From positions 1-64,000 of the IMG/VR virus record IMGVR_UViG_3300023179_000021: 64,000 nucleotides of DNA; one strand, written 5' to 3'. Position 1 is the first letter of the stretch. Each line of letters begins with the position of its first letter. The DNA is from a virus. This document shows, in pieces, positions 40,849-49,772 of this stretch. The translations under genes were made by a program, and so were the position numbers. Below the pieces are notes generated by a model. The model had not been told where the DNA came from. It ran no database searches and saw only the letters and a list, made by a program, of their open reading frames with translations.

Positions 40849-41522
40849 AATTTAATTATGAATATACACATGAACGTGAAATTGAATCGGCTTACATACT
40901 TAAATTATCAGGTAATCCAGTTTCACAAGAGCTTTCTGAAAGATGTAAATACACTTGTGACAAAGTTGGAATGCCTGCTAAATATTGGGAGGCCTTTGAT
41001 GGCACCAATAAAGTTGATGTCATTATACCAAATCACCTTAAAAACAAAGATCATATACAGTGGCTAAAAGTACATAAAACAGACATAAGTACCACGCAAG
41101 TTGCTATTATCATGTCGCATTTTTCATTATGGTGCCACTGTATGACCATTGATAAACCAATTGTTATTTTTGAACATGATGCTGTAATGATTAAACCTTT
41201 ACTTAAATTTGGTTTTTATAATATGATACAGTTTTTAGGATGTATAGAACAAGTAAAGGGAACGCTACCGGTATTTAAGTTACCTCCACACGCATCTTGG
41301 TATGAAGGCCGCCTAAGGTTTATTTGTCGTGCTCATGCGTATGCCATTGACCCACAAATAGCCAAAAATTTAGTTTCTCATATTCTAAGAGTTGGAATTA
41401 TTACAACGGCTGATGTTTTTATGCGCTCCGATTTATTTGGAATTATACAAGATGATGTGTATGCCTACGATATGGCTGGTGAATCTATAAATTACGAACT
41501 ACAGAACTCCATAAATTCATGA
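40845..41522 (+). CDS. Glycosyltransferase family 25-like
   Basis: AFDG..SHFSLW..C....PIVIFEHDA..AHAYAIDP..AK.L. Confidence 0.75.
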   Translation: MKFNYEYTHEREIESAYILKLSGNPVSQELSERCKYTCDKVGMPAKYWEAFDGTNKVDVIIPNHLKNKDHIQWLKVHKTDISTTQVAIIMSHFSLWCHCMTIDKPIVIFEHDAVMIKPLLKFGFYNMIQFLGCIEQVKGTLPVFKLPPHASWYEGRLRFICRAHAYAIDPQIAKNLVSHILRVGIITTADVFMRSDLFGIIQDDVYAYDMAGESINYELQNSINS

Positions 41523-42160
41523 ATAAATGTGTTCATGTTGTTTATATCAATGACTTTTTTCCCGAACTTTGGTCATTAACATACCCAAGCATTAGTTATT
41601 ATGCTAAAAAAATTGGTGCCGATTTAAACATTATCGACCAAAGAAAATTTCCCGAATGGCATATGTACTATGAGAAAATGCAAATGTATGAATGTGGTAG
41701 AAATTATGATGCTAATTTTCTTTTAGATGCTGACATTTTAATTCATCCAGATTTTCCAGATTTTACTACCGTCACAAAGCCACATCACATAGCATTTAAT
41801 GATAACTTTCATGCAACCGATCATTATTACGGAGTAGAAGACAACATTTACTTTCAACGTGATGGCCGTGATGTCGGTATCTCAACAAATGCCGTTATTT
41901 CATTTAAGTCTACACATGATGTTTGGGAACCATTAGACATGGATCCAAATGAGGCAAAAAAAATTTTAAAGCCTCATGCCTTCATTGATGAGTATTGTTT
42001 GTCTTTAAATATGGCTAAATATGGTTTGAAGTATACTGGTATTACATGGGAAGATTGGCAACGATACTACTTCGTTCATTTAGGAAACATGGGACCAAAA
42101 GATACGGTTCTACCAAATGCTTATAAAGTGATTGAAAATTGGAAGAAAAATTTAAAATGA
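41519..42160 (+). CDS. Putative GT-A glycosyltransferase (DxD)
   Basis: YAKKIGAD..YEK..FLLDADILI. Confidence 0.6.
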   Translation: MNKCVHVVYINDFFPELWSLTYPSISYYAKKIGADLNIIDQRKFPEWHMYYEKMQMYECGRNYDANFLLDADILIHPDFPDFTTVTKPHHIAFNDNFHATDHYYGVEDNIYFQRDGRDVGISTNAVISFKSTHDVWEPLDMDPNEAKKILKPHAFIDEYCLSLNMAKYGLKYTGITWEDWQRYYFVHLGNMGPKDTVLPNAYKVIENWKKNLK

Positions 42161-43080
42161 ATACAACATTTTTATTATCTGGTGGTGCAGGAAGAATCAT
42201 TACGGCTACACCTGCTCTTGAGAAATATGCTCGTCTAAACCCAGAAGACGATTTTAAAGTATTGATTTATGGATGGGAAAACCTATATTGGAACCATCCA
42301 CTGCTACAATCTAAAACGTATGGCGTAAATCAAAAAGGTATATTTGAGTTAATTATTAAAAACTCAATACTTAAATCACCCGAACCATATCATTGTCATT
42401 CTTATTACAATCAAAAAACTTCTTTGAGTGAAGCCTTTGATGAAGAAATCAATCACACAACCGATCATTCTGATTTAACAAAGGCTAATTTATATCTACA
42501 CTCAAACGAAATAATAACAGTCACAAAGATGATTGATGATGCAAAAAAACAAAAGAAAAGAAAAAAGTTTGTGGTGTATCAACCGTTTGGATCTGGTATT
42601 CAACTAGTCAACAATCGCCCATTTGATGCTTCGGGTCGTAGTTTAGATGTTGATGATTCTCTTAATTTAGGTTACCTTTTGTCGCAAGATGCTGTTGTTC
42701 TATATTTCGGACCCAGTGAGTTCATACATCCAAAAGATAATTTTATGTTGAACACCAAAAATATGAATGGTGCCGATTTGAGATTTTATATGGCCATGAT
42801 TTCTCAATGTGATTATTTTGTAGGTGTTGATTCAGTCGGCCAACATATGGCTCGTGCATTTGATAAACCGGGTGTCATTGTCATGGGATCTACATTTGAA
42901 AAGAATGTAAGTTATCCCGAATGGTTTAAAATTTATCGCAATGGTGTCCAACCAACATATAATCCCATAAGAATTGGTGGTGTTGATTCAGAATTTGCTG
43001 ATCGGGCAAATGATATGGTTATGAGTTTCAATAAAAATCAAATTCAAGAAATTTATACAATGGCAAAAAATTTATGTTAA
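42157..43080 (+). CDS. Glycosyltransferase, GT9-like
   Basis: GGAGR N-terminus; FVGVDSVGQHMARAFDKPG.IVMGST. Confidence 0.7.
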   Translation: MNTTFLLSGGAGRIITATPALEKYARLNPEDDFKVLIYGWENLYWNHPLLQSKTYGVNQKGIFELIIKNSILKSPEPYHCHSYYNQKTSLSEAFDEEINHTTDHSDLTKANLYLHSNEIITVTKMIDDAKKQKKRKKFVVYQPFGSGIQLVNNRPFDASGRSLDVDDSLNLGYLLSQDAVVLYFGPSEFIHPKDNFMLNTKNMNGADLRFYMAMISQCDYFVGVDSVGQHMARAFDKPGVIVMGSTFEKNVSYPEWFKIYRNGVQPTYNPIRIGGVDSEFADRANDMVMSFNKNQIQEIYTMAKNLC

Positions 43081-43667
43081 GATTCCACGATTATTTAGAA
43101 GGTAGTATAAGACACATACTGGAAAAAATACCTCCGCCAAAAACAGTCATTGAAATTGGCGTGTTCGAAGGTTATTTTACCTTTAACATGACTCAAATGA
43201 TAGCACCAAAAAATAAAGATTATGTTCATTATGCAATCGACCCATATTCGGGACCATCAGACGCTTTAACCAAAGAAAGAATATTTGAGGCTGAAAAGGA
43301 ATTTGTTTCTTATTTAAATAATTTTCCCTATAAGAATAACATTAAGTTTATGAAGAAGCGATCTTGGGATGGTCTCATGGAATTACACCATAAAGGTGTT
43401 CGTGCCGACTTCATTTATGTTGATGGTGACCACAAGGCCGCCGAAGTTCTTGAAGACATGGTTCTTGGTTTTAATTTGCTAAATACTGGAGGTGCTATGT
43501 TATGCGACGATTCGGTTTCTTGGTGTCATACAGAATCTAACGGACAAAAACCTTTACACTATTCTCCAAGATTAGCCGTTGACAGTTTTATACAGTGTAA
43601 TTGGGGTAAAATAGATGTTTGTATTTTACCTAATGGATATCAATCAGCCTTCATTAAAAGATCATGA
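43074..43667 (+). CDS. Class I SAM-dependent methyltransferase (Methyltransf_24-like)
   Basis: IEIGVFEG..AIDPY..DFIYVDGDH..LL..GG.M..DD. Confidence 0.85.
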   Translation: MLRFHDYLEGSIRHILEKIPPPKTVIEIGVFEGYFTFNMTQMIAPKNKDYVHYAIDPYSGPSDALTKERIFEAEKEFVSYLNNFPYKNNIKFMKKRSWDGLMELHHKGVRADFIYVDGDHKAAEVLEDMVLGFNLLNTGGAMLCDDSVSWCHTESNGQKPLHYSPRLAVDSFIQCNWGKIDVCILPNGYQSAFIKRS

Positions 43668-44179
43668 CTGAAAGCCCAGTAAATTTTTATTCTTCAAAAC
43701 CAAAACCTGTACACTACGATAGGCAATGTGGTGACTGTAGTGTTTGTTGTCGTTGGTTATTTTATGTTATCAATGGCCATCTAAAGCATCCAGGAAAACC
43801 ATGTTTCTACCTTGGTGAAAATTGTACAGTACACGATGTTCGTCCACAAAGTTGTCGTGATTATCATTGTGCTTACATACAAGGCATTTTACCAGAATGG
43901 ATGAAGCCAACTCGTTCTAAAGTTTTGGTCAATGTGGAGAATTGGGGACAAAATAAAGAACATAGAATGCTTCGTGTCGTTGAGTGTGGCCAAAAGATAG
44001 ATTCGGAAGTGCTCTCTTGGCTTATTCAATTTTCCAGAAATACAAATATAGGACTTATCTATCAACTATCTGGCGTATGGAATTATTTTGGTCCCGATGC
44101 CTTTATGGAGTTTTTTAAAGATCAAATTCTTAAAGCCGAATTTCAAAACCCATTATTATATGACGAAAAGAAAACTTGA
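43664..44179 (+). CDS. YkgJ-like CxxCxxCC metal/Fe-S-binding protein
   Basis: CGDCSVCC..PCFYL...C.VH..RP..CR.Y.C. Confidence 0.75.
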   Translation: MTESPVNFYSSKPKPVHYDRQCGDCSVCCRWLFYVINGHLKHPGKPCFYLGENCTVHDVRPQSCRDYHCAYIQGILPEWMKPTRSKVLVNVENWGQNKEHRMLRVVECGQKIDSEVLSWLIQFSRNTNIGLIYQLSGVWNYFGPDAFMEFFKDQILKAEFQNPLLYDEKKT

Positions 44180-44963
44180 CATAGCCCTTAGAACTTGCGA
44201 TAATAATTCAATACATGAAAGTCGCTCAAGTACAGGTAAAAGAATTATACCATCAGATAAACCAATGCTAATTAAAAAGTGTTTCGTTTCTCTTTGTAAT
44301 TCAATTGAGAAAACCGAAAATACCGATATAAGGCTTTGGATTTACGATGACCATAGTTCCGAAGATACAAAAAAATATTTAAAAACGGTTGCTGCCAATA
44401 AAAACATTGAATATTATTTTTTTGATTTAGAAGAAAGAGGTCATAATTATTCTGGCCTGAAACAGTTTGAATGTTGTCGGGATAATGGCCGAGATTGGTC
44501 ATACTCAGTTGAAGATGATTATTTACATTATCCAAGTGCTATACCAGAATTTTTATCAATGGGTGAGCGATTTAGAAATATGCTTGGCACTCCAATTGGT
44601 ATTCGACCTGATGATTGTCCTATGTCTTATACCAGTAATACTTCATTTAGAACAAAACCATCAATTATATTTTTAGGTAATGATCGACACTGGAAAACAA
44701 CGCAGCATACCACACAAACTATGTTTTTAGATTCAAGCGTTTTCAAAGACTATTGGGATATTTTTGCAGTTATGGCAAAATATTATGGCCGCTTGGTTAT
44801 CTTTGAAAACGATACGCTAAATAAGTTATGGGATGATGGTGTTTCAACAAGAGGTCCAGTGCCATTGTTTTCTCCAATACCATCACTTGCTATGCACATT
44901 ACTTATGATACTGAACCACCTTTTACTGATTATAAAAAACTTTGGGATGAAATTGAACTATGA
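44160..44963 (+). CDS. Glycosyltransferase, GT2-like
   Basis: IYDDHSS; YSVEDDYLH; SPIPSLA.H. Confidence 0.7.
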   Translation: MTKRKLDIALRTCDNNSIHESRSSTGKRIIPSDKPMLIKKCFVSLCNSIEKTENTDIRLWIYDDHSSEDTKKYLKTVAANKNIEYYFFDLEERGHNYSGLKQFECCRDNGRDWSYSVEDDYLHYPSAIPEFLSMGERFRNMLGTPIGIRPDDCPMSYTSNTSFRTKPSIIFLGNDRHWKTTQHTTQTMFLDSSVFKDYWDIFAVMAKYYGRLVIFENDTLNKLWDDGVSTRGPVPLFSPIPSLAMHITYDTEPPFTDYKKLWDEIEL

Positions 44964-45796
44964 ATAAAATTTTAATTATGGGTCTTCCAGGATCCGGTAA
45001 AACATATTTTGCTGAGCGCCTTAAAAGATACCTTGAAACACACGGCACAAGGTCATTATCATCAATTGAAGATGTTCCATATCCAAATTTAAATGCTCGT
45101 GTTGATTGGTTTAATGCCGATGAGGTTCGCAAAAAATTTAACGATTGGGATTTTAGTCGTGAAGGCCGTATTCGCCAATCAATTCGTATGTTTGATTTTG
45201 CTTTGAGATGTAAAGGTGATTATGTCATTTGTGATTTCGTGGCACCTTTACCTGAGATGCGACACAATTTCAAAGCCGATTGGACAATTTGGATGGACAC
45301 AATTGATGCTGGTCGTTATGAAGATACCAATAAAGCCTTTGTTCCGCCAGATGTTTATGATTTTCGTATCAATGAACAAAACGCCGAGAAGTGGGTCCCC
45401 TATGTTGGTGAAATGATTCTCCAAGAAAAAAGAAGGCCTCGATTTGATTGGCAAAAAGAAACAGTTCAAATGCTGGGTCGTTGGCAACCATGGCATCCAG
45501 GACATCGAGCGCTATTTGAAAGAGCAATTGCAAAGACCGGACAAGTGGCCATTATGATTCGTGATTGTCAAGGTTGGAATGGCTCCAATCCTTTTGCCAT
45601 TGAACAAGTTAAAAACTTTATTCGCCGTGATTTGGATCCTTTATATCAAGGTCAATATGAAATTCTTGTTGTGCCAAATATTGTAAACATCACATACGGC
45701 CGTGACGTTGGCTATAAAATTGAACAAGAAGTTTTTGATGATACGATTCACAACATTTCAGCCACAAAAATAAGAGAATCAATGGGCCTCAAGTGA
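44960..45796 (+). CDS. cysC: Adenylylsulfate kinase-like domain fused to an HxGH nucleotidyltransferase domain
   Basis: GLPGSGKT P-loop, NADEVR..DWDFSREGRIRQ; C-terminal GRWQPWHPGH and ISATKIR. Confidence 0.72.
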   Translation: MNKILIMGLPGSGKTYFAERLKRYLETHGTRSLSSIEDVPYPNLNARVDWFNADEVRKKFNDWDFSREGRIRQSIRMFDFALRCKGDYVICDFVAPLPEMRHNFKADWTIWMDTIDAGRYEDTNKAFVPPDVYDFRINEQNAEKWVPYVGEMILQEKRRPRFDWQKETVQMLGRWQPWHPGHRALFERAIAKTGQVAIMIRDCQGWNGSNPFAIEQVKNFIRRDLDPLYQGQYEILVVPNIVNITYGRDVGYKIEQEVFDDTIHNISATKIRESMGLK

Positions 45797-46017
45797 ACAA
45801 ATATCATATCAGATTTAATACTAATCATAGTGGCACACCTTTGGTTTGGCGTGTATTCGAAAACGGCATCGAACATTTAGCAACCGATGTTCGTATTATA
45901 GGTGAAACTTTTACCGAATGTACCGAAGAACATGGTCAAATCAAATGGAATATTGCTTGTTTAGGAAATTTAACCTGGTCGGATAAGTCTGCAACTATTA
46001 TAACAGTTAAGAACTAG
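45793..46017 (+). CDS. Hypothetical protein
   Basis: GTGA-overlapped ORF within the operon. Confidence 0.6.
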   Translation: MNKYHIRFNTNHSGTPLVWRVFENGIEHLATDVRIIGETFTECTEEHGQIKWNIACLGNLTWSDKSATIITVKN

Positions 46018-46018
46018 T

Positions 46019-46726
46019 GTGATACCCAAAATAGTTCACCTCTCTTGGAAAGATAAGAATCTTTTTGAGAGACATTCACCACTTATAATTTATGGTGTTA
46101 AAAGGCTTCGAGATTTAAACCCAGATTGGGACATAAGAATAACCATTGATGAAGAAATTAATGACTATTTAAATGAAACAATGCGGCATGATTTTTCTTT
46201 AGTTGAACATAAAGGCATTGTGGCCAAAACAGATATTTGGAGGCTCTATAAGTTACTTTATGAGGGTGGTATTTACGTTGACATTGACCGCTTCTGTGAT
46301 GTTAAATTGTCAGAAGTTATACCAAAAAATGTAAAACAAATTCTTCCTGTTTGTAGGTATTATGATTTTTCTCACGATTTAATGATAAGCGCACCAAATA
46401 ACCCGGTTTATAATACAACAATTTCAATGTATTTGCATCGTAGAAAGATAGGATTTGATAACATTTATTTCTTAGGCGCTCAAACCTACATGCACGCTAT
46501 CACTCATACTTTAGTTGGTGAAATGATTAACACGAATCCGGGCCAAGAAAAGTTTGAAGGAATAATAAATAAGATAAAAAGTCTAGGTTTCATTGAAGTT
46601 TTTGTTGAAGATCCGCCATATTTCACTTTTCTATATCGAAATCGTGAGGATATAGGTGACTGGGGAAAACTAAAGAAAGAATTCTACTCCAAATCAGGCA
46701 TCAAACATTGGACAGGAGAATGGTAA
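46019..46726 (+). CDS. Glycosyltransferase, GT32/DXD sugar-binding (OCH1-like)
   Basis: IPKIVH.SW..NPDW..DIWRL..L..EGGIYVDID. Confidence 0.85.
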   Translation: MIPKIVHLSWKDKNLFERHSPLIIYGVKRLRDLNPDWDIRITIDEEINDYLNETMRHDFSLVEHKGIVAKTDIWRLYKLLYEGGIYVDIDRFCDVKLSEVIPKNVKQILPVCRYYDFSHDLMISAPNNPVYNTTISMYLHRRKIGFDNIYFLGAQTYMHAITHTLVGEMINTNPGQEKFEGIINKIKSLGFIEVFVEDPPYFTFLYRNREDIGDWGKLKKEFYSKSGIKHWTGEW

Positions 46727-46731
46727 TTAAA

Positions 46732-46765
46732 CTCTTCTTTTAACTAAATATGGGTTAAAGAGGAG
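46732..46765 (+). promoter_or_regulatory. RBS-sequestering hairpin with late promoter TAAATA in its loop
   Basis: ctcttcttttaac / gttaaagaggag imperfect inverted repeat; TAAATA at 46745-46750. Confidence 0.6.
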
Positions 46766-46773
46766 ACCTCACT

Positions 46774-47109
46774 TTGGCAGACTTTGTAGAACTCGACATT
46801 GAGGCCGGTGCGACATTTTCATTACAAATTACAATTAAAAATGATAATGGAACTGGTAAAAATTTAGCAAATCACATTTTTACAGGCCAGCTTCGAAGGT
46901 CTTATTATTCCTCTACTGCTAACAATTTCACCATAACTGTTGATGATACTGCAAATGGTGTTATTTCTTTAGGGATTTCTTCAGCTAATACCGCAAACCT
47001 TCGTGCTGGCCGTTATGTTTTTGATATTGAAATGGATGACACATCCAACACTACTGTTACAAGAGTGGTAGAAGGTATTGCTACGGTTCTGCCAAATGTA
47101 ACAAGATAG
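46774..47109 (+). CDS. Small virion structural/adaptor protein (TTG start)
   Basis: L.IE.GATF..GRYVFDIE..TRVVEG.ATV.P.VT; GAGGAG RBS. Confidence 0.65.
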   Translation: MADFVELDIEAGATFSLQITIKNDNGTGKNLANHIFTGQLRRSYYSSTANNFTITVDDTANGVISLGISSANTANLRAGRYVFDIEMDDTSNTTVTRVVEGIATVLPNVTR

Positions 47110-47113
47110 TTAC

Positions 47114-49771
47114 ATGAAAATAGAAATAACCAAGGCTAGTCCTTCTGTTAGCACTGTAAAACTTGGAGGTAATTTAACAGCAGCAGTTGCAACGGGTGTT
47201 CAAGGAACTTCAGGTTTTTCCGGTTACAGTGGAGATAATCCAGGCTCAAGTGGTTATTCTGGTCGTTCTGGTTTTTCCGGTTACAGTGGAGATAATCCAG
47301 GCTCAAGTGGTTATTCGGGTCGTTCGGGTTATTCTGGTTACTCAGGTATTTCTGGTTTTTCTGGTTTTTCTGGTTTTTCGGGTGCTCAATTTGTAGGATC
47401 ATCTGGTTATTCAGGTGTATCTGGTTACTCTGGTAATAGTACATCAGGTTATTCGGGACCATCGGGTTACTCCGGGTTTTCTGGTGTTTCCGGTTACTCT
47501 GGTATTTCGGGTGCTTCAGGTATCTCAGGTTATTCTGGACAATCTGGTTTTTCTGGTACTTCCGGGATAAGTGGTTTTTCTGGCGCTTCTGGTTACTCTG
47601 GTTTCTCAGGCATTTCAGGCTATTCGGGACCATCAGGATATTCTGGTCAATCGGGATTTTCTGGCCAAATTGGTAACTCCGGTTATTCTGGTCAATTAGG
47701 CATTTCTGGTTATTCTGGCCAATTAGGTACATCCGGTTACTCCGGTGTCTCTGGTTATTCCGGCATTTCTGGTTATTCCGGATTCTCTGGTATTTCCGGA
47801 TACTCAGGCGTTTCTGGTTATTCTGGATATTCTGGTATTTCAGGCGCTTCAGGTATAAGTGGTTATTTCGGTATTTCTGGATATTCTGGATTTTCTGGTT
47901 ATTCCGGGTTTTCTGGTATTTCTGGTGCTTCGGGTTTATCTGGTTATTCTAGTATCTCTGGTTATTCCGGGTTTTCTGGTATTTCTGGTGCTTCGGGTTT
48001 ATCTGGTTACTCAGGTATTTCTGGATTTTCTGGTATCTCTGGTTATTCTGGGTTTTCCGGTATTTCAGGTGCTTCGGGTTTATCTGGTTATTCTGGTATT
48101 TCTGGTTATTCGGGAAGCGTTGGTGCGGTTGGAGGATTTTTCTTTTATACTTTCGACACCGCTAAGACAACAGATACCGCACCAGATTCACAATCATTTC
48201 ATTCAAATAGTCCGGGAAGCCAAGCATTAATTTCTAAACTTTGGTTTGATGATGATGATATAGCCGGCGCAAATGTTTATCCTTTTGTGAGTTCTGTTTT
48301 CAATACGACAGGAACACCTAAAGGTTTTTTAAGTATTCGTGGTTCAGCTGGCACTGAACGTCTTTACATACAAGTTGATTCTGTAACAAAGAAAACTGGA
48401 TATTATGAATTAAGTGTTACTGTGCTTTCAAATTCACCAGATGCATTAGATGATGGTGATTTGTCTGGATTTAATTTAACGAGAAATGGTGATTCGGGCA
48501 CCTCTGGTTATTCTGGTATAAGTGGTTATTCCGGCATATCCGGATATTCAGGTTATTCTGGTATATCTGGTTACTCCGGTTTTTCGGGTATTTCTGGTTA
48601 CTCCGGATTCTCAGGTATTTCTGGCTATTCCGGTTATTCTGGCATTTCAGGTACTTCTGGTATATCTGGTTATTCAGGCGTTTCTGGTTACTCCGGATTC
48701 TCAGGTATTTCTGGCTATTCCGGTTATTCTGGCATTTCAGGTACTTCTGGTATATCTGGTTATTCAGGCGTTTCTGGTTACTCCGGATTCTCAGGTATTT
48801 CTGGCTATTCTGGCTATTCTGGTATTTCGGGTTACTCTGGTTATTCGGGCATTTCTGGTTACTCCGGATTCTCAGGTATTTCTGGCTATTCTGGCTATTC
48901 TGGTATTTCGGGTTACTCTGGTTATTCGGGCATTTCTGGTTATTCTGGATATTCTGGTATTTCTGGTGCTTTGGGTATTTCTGGTTACTCTGGATTTTCA
49001 GGTATTTCGGGTTACTCTGGTTATTCGGGCATTTCTGGTTATTCTGGATATTCTGGTATTTCAGGCGATTCAGGTATAAATGGTTATTCTGGTATTTCTG
49101 GATATTCTGGATTTTCTGGTTACTCCGGGTTTTCTGGTATTTCTGGTTACTCTGGATTTTCTGGTATTTCAGGAGCTTCAGGCATTTCTGGATTTTCTGG
49201 TATTTCTGGCTATTCTGGTATTTCTGGTGCTTCGGGTATTTCTGGTTACTCTGGATTTTTTGGTATTTCTGGATTCTCTGGTATTTCTGGATTCTCTGGT
49301 ATTTCTGGTTTTTCTGGCGCTGCCGGTCCATCAACCACAATTAACGCCACAAATGATACAACAACAGCTTCTGATTTTTATCCTGTATTTGTTGCTGGAA
49401 CCGGATCAAACCAAACAGCTACAGCATCTTCAACCAAACTTTATTTCAGACCTTCAACTGGACAATTAAGCGCTACAGATTTCAACACACTTTCGGATAT
49501 AGCATATAAAGAAAATATAGACACTATCCATAATGCACTAAATAAAGTATTAGAACTAAGAGGAGTTTCTTATCAGTTTAGAGATTCAAATAAACCCGCT
49601 TTTGGAGTTATCGCTCAAGAAATAGAGAATGTTTTGCCTGAAGTTGTTAATCAAAATGATAATGGCGACAAAACTGTATCTTACAATCATATTATTGCTG
49701 TGTTGATTGAAGCTATTAAAGAACAACAACAAATTATAGATAAAATAAATCATAAAATAAAGAACTTGTAA
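47114..49771 (+). CDS. Long collagen-like (Ser-Gly-X)n fibre with central globular domain and C-terminal peptidase S74 chaperone
   Basis: Gly at every third residue (SGY/SGF/SGI); LSD.AYKENI..GVIAQEIE..LPEVV..VSY..LIEAIKE. Confidence 0.85.
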   Translation: MKIEITKASPSVSTVKLGGNLTAAVATGVQGTSGFSGYSGDNPGSSGYSGRSGFSGYSGDNPGSSGYSGRSGYSGYSGISGFSGFSGFSGAQFVGSSGYSGVSGYSGNSTSGYSGPSGYSGFSGVSGYSGISGASGISGYSGQSGFSGTSGISGFSGASGYSGFSGISGYSGPSGYSGQSGFSGQIGNSGYSGQLGISGYSGQLGTSGYSGVSGYSGISGYSGFSGISGYSGVSGYSGYSGISGASGISGYFGISGYSGFSGYSGFSGISGASGLSGYSSISGYSGFSGISGASGLSGYSGISGFSGISGYSGFSGISGASGLSGYSGISGYSGSVGAVGGFFFYTFDTAKTTDTAPDSQSFHSNSPGSQALISKLWFDDDDIAGANVYPFVSSVFNTTGTPKGFLSIRGSAGTERLYIQVDSVTKKTGYYELSVTVLSNSPDALDDGDLSGFNLTRNGDSGTSGYSGISGYSGISGYSGYSGISGYSGFSGISGYSGFSGISGYSGYSGISGTSGISGYSGVSGYSGFSGISGYSGYSGISGTSGISGYSGVSGYSGFSGISGYSGYSGISGYSGYSGISGYSGFSGISGYSGYSGISGYSGYSGISGYSGYSGISGALGISGYSGFSGISGYSGYSGISGYSGYSGISGDSGINGYSGISGYSGFSGYSGFSGISGYSGFSGISGASGISGFSGISGYSGISGASGISGYSGFFGISGFSGISGFSGISGFSGAAGPSTTINATNDTTTASDFYPVFVAGTGSNQTATASSTKLYFRPSTGQLSATDFNTLSDIAYKENIDTIHNALNKVLELRGVSYQFRDSNKPAFGVIAQEIENVLPEVVNQNDNGDKTVSYNHIIAVLIEAIKEQQQIIDKINHKIKNL
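47207..49320 (+). repeat. Low-complexity 9-bp period (tcNggNNNN) coding repeat in two blocks (~47207-48115 and ~48490-49320) with higher-order 57-, 54- and 90-bp duplications
   Basis: tctggttat/tctggtatt/tctggattt units. Confidence 0.85.
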
Positions 49772-49772
49772 A

